DNA from: Candidatus Parvarchaeum sp.
GTDB lineage: Archaea; Nanobdellota; Nanobdellia; Parvarchaeales; Parvarchaeaceae
Assembly: GCA_049965555.1 (NCBI GenBank)
Contig: JBMFWF010000010.1
Span: 1-34,911, forward strand
Direction of reading: 5' to 3'
DNA length: 34,911 bases
In this document: piece by piece, positions 28,311 through 34,911 of the stretch
Numbering within the stretch: the first letter of the stretch is position 1
Layout of the letters: each line of letters begins with the position of its first letter
Program-made: the position numbers and the translations under genes
Notes under the pieces: generated by a model
The model's input: the letters and a program-made list of their open reading frames with translations, nothing else
Told to the model about the DNA's origin: nothing
The model's database searches: none

Positions 28311-28712
28311 ATGTTTAATCAATTAGAGGACGTCTTGAAAAATACGAAAGAAATAAACGCCTATCTGATAGGAGGAGTGGCAGTAAATTCGTATATCCAA
28401 GGAGCAGGGTACACAATAATAAGGCCTTCCTCCACATCAAATGACATAGGCTTTGCAAGCGCTTACATAAAGATAAAAGACCTGCCTGCAATTGCCTATA
28501 AACTTGATGGAAAGATATCGCCGTTCATACAAAAATCAAAGATAAATTACAGCATGAACGGAATAAGCGGCAATGTAAATTATGACCCTGCTCCGGTATT
28601 AACACTAAATGAAAAGCTAGACGGCAAGGAAATACAGATATTCCCAGAATTTGTAGGGCCGATAAAAGTAGACAGCTATTATAAAGTAAATGATTTATTA
28701 GAGCATTCTTAA
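28311..28712 (+). pseudogene. Truncated/degenerate nucleotidyltransferase N-terminal part
   Basis: YLIGGVAV...R....NDIG, where the second Asp of DxD is Gly. The ORF ends before any C-terminal helical domain. Confidence 0.45.
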
Positions 28713-28756
28713 TATTTTAGATAAAAAATTAATATCCAGAAATCCATAAATAAAGC

Positions 28757-29281
28757 ATGAGGGCAATAGACTACGTCTGCATAGATGATCAAAGAATAAT
28801 AGAGGATTTAGAGTGGAATGCCGGAAGCTTTTTAACATGCCCTAGAACCAGGTATGGGCTGGAGTTAGTCGAAAACTCTAGCTTCTCTATCGAAGAGATA
28901 AGAAGGATATATGATGTCTGTTCCATGGAATCTGCCATCGTTTATGCAAAGGAATTTGCAAAAAAAGACAAAATCTATGAAAGGCTTTTGCATGATGAGG
29001 ATTTCAACTACTACAAGCTGGTTAGAACATTTGACTATTATAACTTGCTTAAAACACTTTGGCCGGAACAGGCTGCCAAATTCATAATAAATGAACTGCC
29101 AACTATTAAATACCTTAAAAACAAGGGCTATGACATTAAAATGAAGAGATATGTAGAATTTATCACTAGAAATGTAAAATATGAAAAAATAAACGAGAAC
29201 ATAAAATTGATGAAAGAAAAGGCAGATTTATACAGGAAATACCCGGATATGTACTTAAATGAGAACAACTGTTTGGATTAA
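28757..29281 (+). CDS. Hypothetical protein (possibly the C-terminal remnant of the upstream gene)
   Basis: 174-aa helical ORF 44 nt downstream of the previous stop. No family recognised. Confidence 0.5.
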   Translation: MRAIDYVCIDDQRIIEDLEWNAGSFLTCPRTRYGLELVENSSFSIEEIRRIYDVCSMESAIVYAKEFAKKDKIYERLLHDEDFNYYKLVRTFDYYNLLKTLWPEQAAKFIINELPTIKYLKNKGYDIKMKRYVEFITRNVKYEKINENIKLMKEKADLYRKYPDMYLNENNCLD

Positions 29282-29391
29282 AAATGCAAATATGCTGCAG
29301 CATAGTGCTTGTTAAATGATTATATGTCTTAAAAATCAAGATAGATTATATAAGATTCAGGCAAATCAAAATTTTTTGGAAAACTATAGAA

Positions 29392-29405
29392 AAGCTTATA
29401 AGCTT
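29392..29405 (+). promoter_or_regulatory. Putative promoter/operator of the five-gene operon
   Basis: Perfect 14-bp palindrome AAGCTTATAAGCTT containing a TATA-like TTATAA. SD-like GAGGGG at 29461-29466. Confidence 0.4.
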
Positions 29406-29478
29406 ATTCCCCCAATACTATTTTATATTATTCCTAGTTACTAAGCATAAACTTAGCAAAGAGGGGTTTTAGATCAAA

Positions 29479-29925
29479 ATGAAAACTTATAAACCTGGCC
29501 TCCTGAATCAGTTAACTGAAAAGGCAAGAAAAGAAGGTATAGAAAGATTTGTTGTAGGTGCTGTAATAGCTATCAATGGAAAAGTACTAATATTAAGACG
29601 AACCAAAGAAGATTTTATGGGAGGAATATATGAACTTCCAAGTGGTAAAGTAGAACAGGAGGAAACCCTAGAACAAGCACTTTACAGAGAAATTAAAGAA
29701 GAAACTGGCCTCAATATCAAGGAGATATTGTCTTACATAAAATCATTTGATTATGAATCTGCTAGTGGTAAAAAAACAAGACAATTTAATTTTTTAGTTG
29801 TAACTAAAGAAGGTGATATAAAAATCTCCGAAGAACATGATGATTATAAGCTTATAGGAAAAAACGAAGTTAACTCATACAACATAACAGATAATGTAAA
29901 AGAAGTAATATTGAATGCGGTATGA
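29479..29925 (+). CDS. Nudix hydrolase (candidate Pur7-like)
   Basis: ELPSGKVEQEETLEQALYREIKEETGL, SEEHD. ATGA overlap with the next gene. Confidence 0.9.
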   Translation: MKTYKPGLLNQLTEKARKEGIERFVVGAVIAINGKVLILRRTKEDFMGGIYELPSGKVEQEETLEQALYREIKEETGLNIKEILSYIKSFDYESASGKKTRQFNFLVVTKEGDIKISEEHDDYKLIGKNEVNSYNITDNVKEVILNAV

Positions 29926-30599
29926 AAGGTTTATTCATAAATTTTGAAGGATTAGATGGAAGCGGGAAAAGTTCAATAATCTCAAATTTAGAATCAATAC
30001 TTCTGTCTAAAGGTTACAAAGTTATTAAATTTCCTGAATTCTCTGATTCTATTTTCGGGGATGAACTTAAAAATAGACTGAAGTCCGATAAGTTTTTACG
30101 TGACACAAAGGATTTTCCAACAAGTATAACACAAAGTTTGTTAGTTATGACGGATCTTGCTTACATTTTTGAATACCATATAAGAGATTACCTTGAAAAT
30201 AATCATATAGTACTAAAAGATAGGTATATTGATACGATTATTTCATCTCAGCTCCCATTTCTACTCAGAGACTACCCTAACATTGGTTCGGAGCGCTTGT
30301 ATAATTTTTTGGATTCGATTTCAAGTATAATTCCAAAGCCGGATATAACTTTCTACGTATACACTGATGATAAAATAAGAAAAGAAAGAATAAGAAATCG
30401 ATACAGGGATGAATTTGAGAAGAATTCAAATAAAATTTCAAAGGAAGATGAAGAAATATTCAAAATGCGTGAAGAGGTGTACAATAAAATAATAAATAAC
30501 AACAAAAACATCTATATAATAAACAACAATGGAACATTAGATAAAGCAGTATCTCAAGTACTTGAGAAAGTCGAAGGGATATATGAAAGAAAAACTTAG
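29922..30599 (+). CDS. tmk: Thymidylate-kinase-family nucleoside monophosphate kinase
   Basis: FEGLDGSGKSS P-loop, VLKDRY, KPDITFY, lid R..RI..R. The usual REP motif reads PEF, so it is divergent. Confidence 0.8.
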   Translation: MKGLFINFEGLDGSGKSSIISNLESILLSKGYKVIKFPEFSDSIFGDELKNRLKSDKFLRDTKDFPTSITQSLLVMTDLAYIFEYHIRDYLENNHIVLKDRYIDTIISSQLPFLLRDYPNIGSERLYNFLDSISSIIPKPDITFYVYTDDKIRKERIRNRYRDEFEKNSNKISKEDEEIFKMREEVYNKIINNNKNIYIINNNGTLDKAVSQVLEKVEGIYERKT

Positions 30600-31074
30600 T
30601 GACATTCTTGATAAAGAAAAATTAGATTACAGCTACCTGGTCGTAAAACCAGACATATACCACAAATCTGAGGAGATATCTAAGTATTTAATTTCAAAAG
30701 ATTACAGAATACTTGAAGAGATAAGAATACAGAAACTTGATAGAACCGACGTTTCGCTTTTGTATGCAAACATGATAAACAGTGACAAATTTGAAGCTTT
30801 AGTAGAATACTTAACCTCCGGCCCAATTACAATATACAAAGTAAGTCACAAAAATTATGATACAATTTCCAAGTTAAAAAGTCTAAAAGGAAACATGGAC
30901 CCAGAAAAAGCAGATAAAGATACACTAAGATATATATTCGCAGATAGAAAGATATGGGATGGCATATACCTGGATGGTATCCATACTACAGATTCTAAAG
31001 ATGAAATTGAAGATTTAAAGAGAATTATATCAAAATACAATAAAGCCTACGACTTAAAAACAAGAGGCCCTTAA
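30583..31074 (+). CDS. ndk: Nucleoside diphosphate kinase, divergent
   Basis: VVKPD, F..LVEYLTSGP, G..DPE.A...TLR, and DGIHTTDS in place of N..HGSDS. Overlaps tmk by 17 nt. Confidence 0.85.
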   Translation: MKEKLSDILDKEKLDYSYLVVKPDIYHKSEEISKYLISKDYRILEEIRIQKLDRTDVSLLYANMINSDKFEALVEYLTSGPITIYKVSHKNYDTISKLKSLKGNMDPEKADKDTLRYIFADRKIWDGIYLDGIHTTDSKDEIEDLKRIISKYNKAYDLKTRGP

Positions 31075-31075
31075 A

Positions 31076-32089
31076 TTGGAAAAGCTAAGATGTTGTATTA
31101 TTGGATTGGGACATCAAACTAATAGTGACCATATACCGGCAATAAAAAATTCTAGTAAAACTGTAATAACTGCGATTTGTGATATTGACGAAAAAAAGTT
31201 AAAAGAGGCACAAAAGTCCCTTGGAGTAAAAGGTTACAAAAATTACAAAGAAATGATAGACAATGAAAAGCCTGATTTCATCTTGGTTGCTGTTCCACAC
31301 AATCAATACCTAGAGATACTAACATACGCAGCAAGCAAACATGTTAATGTATTGAAAGAAAAACCTCTTGCATTAAATCTTAAAGAAGCAATAGAGATAA
31401 GAGACCTTGCAAGAAAGAATAATATACAAGTCATGGTTGCACTTCAAAGGCGTTTTGATCCAATATATTCTTCTTTTTATAAAATGAAGGAAAAGGTTGG
31501 AAAAATATTTTTTGTTGAAGGCAAATATCATTTTCTAGTCAATGACCTAGCGCAGGGGTGGAGAGCGCATAAACTTGAGGCAGGTGGCGGTGCTATAATA
31601 GATCTGGGTTATCACATGGTAGACCTTATTATATGGTACTTTGGGGTTCCAGACCTAATTCATGCAGAATTTTCATCTCGTGCACAGGAAAATGCTTCGT
31701 ATGATGTTGAGGACACTGCAGATATACTATTTAGATTTGAACATCCAGAGATTATAGGAAATCTTTTCCTTTCAAGGCATTATGCACCAAAAGATGAAAG
31801 TATAACCGCAATAGGAACTGAAGGGACGGTTATACTCAAGAGAGACAATATAGTTAGACTTAATAATAAAGGAGAGGTAGTAGAAAGTTTAGATAGAAAG
31901 CAAACCTGGACAATGGCATTGAAAGAACAAATAGATTATTTTTGCGATGTAATAGAAGGAAAAAAGAAAAATATAAACCCTCCGGATTATAATATAAACC
32001 ATATGGCTTTTATAGAGGCATGCTATCTTTCTAAAAGAGAAGGAAAATTTGTGAGGGTGAACGAATTGATTTCCAAATATGAAAAGTAA
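31076..32089 (+). CDS. Gfo/Idh/MocA NAD-dependent oxidoreductase (candidate Pur10-like)
   Basis: IIGLG, VPH..Y, VLKEKPLA, QRRF.P, WR.....GGG.IIDLGYH.VD, VED.A. TTG start 1 nt after the ndk stop. Confidence 0.9.
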   Translation: MEKLRCCIIGLGHQTNSDHIPAIKNSSKTVITAICDIDEKKLKEAQKSLGVKGYKNYKEMIDNEKPDFILVAVPHNQYLEILTYAASKHVNVLKEKPLALNLKEAIEIRDLARKNNIQVMVALQRRFDPIYSSFYKMKEKVGKIFFVEGKYHFLVNDLAQGWRAHKLEAGGGAIIDLGYHMVDLIIWYFGVPDLIHAEFSSRAQENASYDVEDTADILFRFEHPEIIGNLFLSRHYAPKDESITAIGTEGTVILKRDNIVRLNNKGEVVESLDRKQTWTMALKEQIDYFCDVIEGKKKNINPPDYNINHMAFIEACYLSKREGKFVRVNELISKYEK

Positions 32090-33338
32090 ACTTGCAATTT
32101 TTGGAGGAAGCAAAACAATTAATGTAAAAGGCCCACAATATACCTGGCCGATAATAAATAAAGAAATGGAGATAGCCGTTAAAAAACAGCTTTATAAAGA
32201 CATATCAATATACGACCGTTCTGGTATAATAAAAGAAGTTGAGGATGAACTTGCAAAGTATTATGGAAGAAAACATGCTTTATTAGTAAACTCCGGAACA
32301 ATGGCAATATATTCAATGTTCTTCTCAATTAACTTAAAGCAAGGAGATGAAGTAATCTTCCCCAATTATAACTTCTTCGCATCGGTACTGCCTGTGCTAT
32401 TTACGGGTGCAAGCCCAGTCCTTTGCGACTCTAACCCTATTGATGGTAATATAGACCCAGAAAAGATAGAGGCTCTCATAACAGATAAAACCCGCGCGAT
32501 ATCTGTTACTCATATGTGGGGAATGCCGTGTGATATGGATAAGATAATGAGAATTGCCAAAAAATATGCTATAGAAGTTTTAGAGGATTTTTCGCATGCA
32601 CATGGTGCAGAGTTCAGAAACAAGAAAATAGGTTCTTTTGGAGCGGCATCTGCAGCTAGTCTACAAGGCCAGAAAATTATAACCGGTGGAGAAGGGGGAG
32701 TATTACTTACAGATGATGATGAAATTTATTATAAAGCATTACTACTTGGACATTATAATAAAAGATCAGTTCAAGAAATACCTAAAGAAAACAGACTTGC
32801 AAAATTTGCAGTCACAGGGATGGGTTTAAAACTAAGAATTCACCCATTAGCTGCAGCAATAATAAAACAACAGATGAAGCACGTTAACGATTGGCTAAAA
32901 ATAAAGCGGCAAATCGCTGAAAAGATGACCCGTGAACTTAAGGATGTAAAAGGCATACTTTCTCCTGAAGTCCCTTCTTACAAAAAACCGGCTTGGTATG
33001 CTTATATAATAAGATATAATAAAGATGAACTTGAAGATGTGCCGATAGAAACCTTCTACAATGCCCTTTTAGCAGAAGGAGCTTCTGAAGCAGACATACC
33101 GCACTCAACAGGGATACTTAATCAATATCCAATCTTCCAGAATCCAAAGGAACTATTCAATTATTATAAAGGACCTAGGTACAAATTAGGAGATTTCCCC
33201 GTATCTGAAAAGTTCTATAGAAGTATAATAAAACTTCCGGTATGGGCGGAAAAGAAAGACATGAAATTTGCTAAACTTTATCCTGCTGCAATTAAAAAAG
33301 TAGTAGATAACATAGATTACCTGAAAAAAAAGGTTTAA
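32079..33338 (+). CDS. DegT/DnrJ/EryC1/StrS PLP aminotransferase (candidate Pur4-like)
   Basis: LAIFGG, NSGT.A, HMWG.PCDM, EDFSHAHGA, SLQGQKIITGGEGG (PLP lysine). Overlaps the previous gene by 11 nt. Confidence 0.93.
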   Translation: MKSKLAIFGGSKTINVKGPQYTWPIINKEMEIAVKKQLYKDISIYDRSGIIKEVEDELAKYYGRKHALLVNSGTMAIYSMFFSINLKQGDEVIFPNYNFFASVLPVLFTGASPVLCDSNPIDGNIDPEKIEALITDKTRAISVTHMWGMPCDMDKIMRIAKKYAIEVLEDFSHAHGAEFRNKKIGSFGAASAASLQGQKIITGGEGGVLLTDDDEIYYKALLLGHYNKRSVQEIPKENRLAKFAVTGMGLKLRIHPLAAAIIKQQMKHVNDWLKIKRQIAEKMTRELKDVKGILSPEVPSYKKPAWYAYIIRYNKDELEDVPIETFYNALLAEGASEADIPHSTGILNQYPIFQNPKELFNYYKGPRYKLGDFPVSEKFYRSIIKLPVWAEKKDMKFAKLYPAAIKKVVDNIDYLKKKV

Positions 33339-33544
33339 ATTATTAATTTAGAATATTATCCAAGACTATAATTATTTAATGGCGGATTCACAAGAATTGG
33401 AATAAACAGTTTAGGTTTACTCTTGTATAGGTATAATTGTTTGGATTGAATCAGCTGTCATGCATATCCTTTAAATCAAGTTTTAATTCAAATTTATCAT
33501 TTTGGCTGCTATTACTTATACTATTAAAAATCCGAACTCTATTT

Positions 33545-34141
33545 TCAATTTTTTGGCTGTAAAAAATTATTTACCTTAATTCTTAAACTTTTATCCAGCT
33601 TGTCGAGATATCTTTGCAATTTTTCCTTGTCTATCCTTTTTTTCATTTCTTCTAAAACATCCTTTGGAATTGCTGCCTTGAAATAAACAAAGTCTATCAA
33701 AGTCTTTTCCAAGTCGGAAACAGGCAGAAAATTATTGCCCACACGTTTTGCTTCATATCCAAAGAACATCTTCCTTTGTATGTGTCTTATAAGTATATTT
33801 CTGCCAAGCACACTCCTTATGCCGGTCCTGACCTTTCTAGTCGTTATCACAACAGGATTAGTTTGCTGATTCCACAGGCCGTGCAAGGACAAAGCTTCCT
33901 GTAGACCATAATAGAAAGGCTCAAATATGAATCCAATGGTGTCTAGGTTATCGCTGAATGAGTAATAACCTCTTTTCAGTCTTTTTATCTCTCCTTTCTT
34001 TTCCAATTTATGAAGCGTAAGCCTTGCATAGTCCTTGCTCGCTCCTTTTTGCGTCAAAAATAGTTCTGCATCTTTAGCAGAAAAGTAATCCCTGTCCTTG
34101 AAATGCTCTAGGAATTCCTTCCGGTATTTTATCGCGCCCAT
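33545..34141 (-). CDS. abiEi: AbiEi-like type IV antitoxin / transcriptional regulator
   Basis: N-terminal wHTH (L.KKG.IKRLKRG.Y), PFYYGL..ALSLHGL..Q, SDLEKTLID. Confidence 0.85.
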   Translation of the reverse strand: MGAIKYRKEFLEHFKDRDYFSAKDAELFLTQKGASKDYARLTLHKLEKKGEIKRLKRGYYSFSDNLDTIGFIFEPFYYGLQEALSLHGLWNQQTNPVVITTRKVRTGIRSVLGRNILIRHIQRKMFFGYEAKRVGNNFLPVSDLEKTLIDFVYFKAAIPKDVLEEMKKRIDKEKLQRYLDKLDKSLRIKVNNFLQPKN

Positions 34142-34767
34142 ACTTTTAATTCCTCTATCATATCATAGAAAGTGGGGATTTTGCCCTCGTAGACTATTGT
34201 TTTAAGATCATTCTCATCTAGAGGTTTCTTTATTTTTGATAGGCAATCTTTTACTATTTTCTTTGTGTCTTTGTCAGTGACGATTCTAGAAAGAAAATAA
34301 ACATCATATATGTCCCTTATCCTGCGTCTATCATTATATGCTTCTATTTTCTCAAGTATCAATTCCTCCGGTTTCAATGTTAATACGTCAATTGAGCTGC
34401 CATTAGCCTTTTGGTATACCTTTAACGTTCCTTTAATATTCTTCCTTGTTATCTCCAGACTCATTTTTGTTGTATCATTAGATATTTGAGAGAACAACGT
34501 ATTTTTCGTCTGTCTAAATTTTAATAAAATCAAACCTCTCTTCTTTAACTCTACTTCTAATTTGTCTCTAAAATCTTCTTTATAATAAGAATAAAGATCT
34601 ATATCCTCAGAAAATCTTTTACCATTATAGCATCGCCATATAGCAGTCCCACCGTGTATAACTGCATTTTCCAATAACGAGTACACTACTTCTACGACTT
34701 CATCCTGCAATTGGGCCAATTCTTTCTGCTGTTCCCTTCTTAACTTATAAATTATTGGAAGTTCCAT
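34129..34767 (-). CDS. abiEii: AbiEii-family nucleotidyltransferase toxin
   Basis: HGGTAI, RFSEDID, EK..A...R...RDIYD. SD-like AGGTTGA before ATG 34767. Confidence 0.9.
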   Translation of the reverse strand: MELPIIYKLRREQQKELAQLQDEVVEVVYSLLENAVIHGGTAIWRCYNGKRFSEDIDLYSYYKEDFRDKLEVELKKRGLILLKFRQTKNTLFSQISNDTTKMSLEITRKNIKGTLKVYQKANGSSIDVLTLKPEELILEKIEAYNDRRRIRDIYDVYFLSRIVTDKDTKKIVKDCLSKIKKPLDENDLKTIVYEGKIPTFYDMIEELKVWAR

Positions 34768-34911
34768 ATTCAACCTTAGTTATACATATATATAATTATG
34801 GTTATCTATAAATAGCTTTCGTAGATTCAGACAAGCTTATTTCAAATTTATTATTTGTAATTTCAGGCCTTCAAATGTAAATTTAGTACATTTATATATA
34901 TACTAAAGTAT

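Noticed and set aside
55-32113. Numerous antisense or alternate-frame ORFs in the track (e.g. 55-471, 441-923, 2167-2592, 3004-3408, 7674-7982, 14615-14962, 18448-18831, 31889-32113)
   Set aside because: They lie fully within well-supported genes, have shadow-ORF composition and show no motifs.
31076-33338. Reading the dehydrogenase/aminotransferase pair as ordinary surface-glycan amino-sugar synthesis
   Set aside because: Disfavoured but not excluded: there are no glycan genes nearby and the coupled partners are all nucleotide enzymes.
33339-33544. Intergenic gap after the operon as a possible small gene or RNA
   Set aside because: Only very short ORFs on either strand and no convincing stable structure.

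Overview
AT-rich, gene-dense archaeal window. Many genes look leaderless, with a TATA octamer ending about 20-21 nt before the ATG, and a minority carry GGAGG/GGTGA Shine-Dalgarno sites. The small orphan genes and heavily N-glycosylatable surface proteins suggest a DPANN-type archaeon such as Parvarchaeota (inference only). The window opens with the 3' end of an IS200/IS605 tnpB element, including its right-end hairpin and omegaRNA region, sitting at the promoter position of a glpA-coxG pair. It continues with transport, redox and stress genes, a single-chain UvrD helicase/PD-(D/E)xK nuclease, a 20-aa small ORF ahead of hsp20, two or three pseudogenes and many orphans. The last 10 kb look like an accessory/defence region: a HEPN-like protein, nucleotidyltransferases and an AbiE pair. 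It contains the best candidate for a new system, a tightly coupled five-gene operon (29479-33338) of Nudix hydrolase, thymidylate-kinase-like, NDP-kinase-like, Gfo/Idh/MocA dehydrogenase and DegT-type aminotransferase genes. This family combination mirrors the Pur7/Pur10/Pur4 core that makes 3'-amino-3'-deoxynucleotides in puromycin biosynthesis, but is paired with nucleotide kinases. That suggests production of a 3'-amino chain-terminating triphosphate, possibly for viperin-like antiviral defence (untested). No rRNA, complete tRNA or CRISPR array was seen. All family calls come from motif recognition, not database searches.
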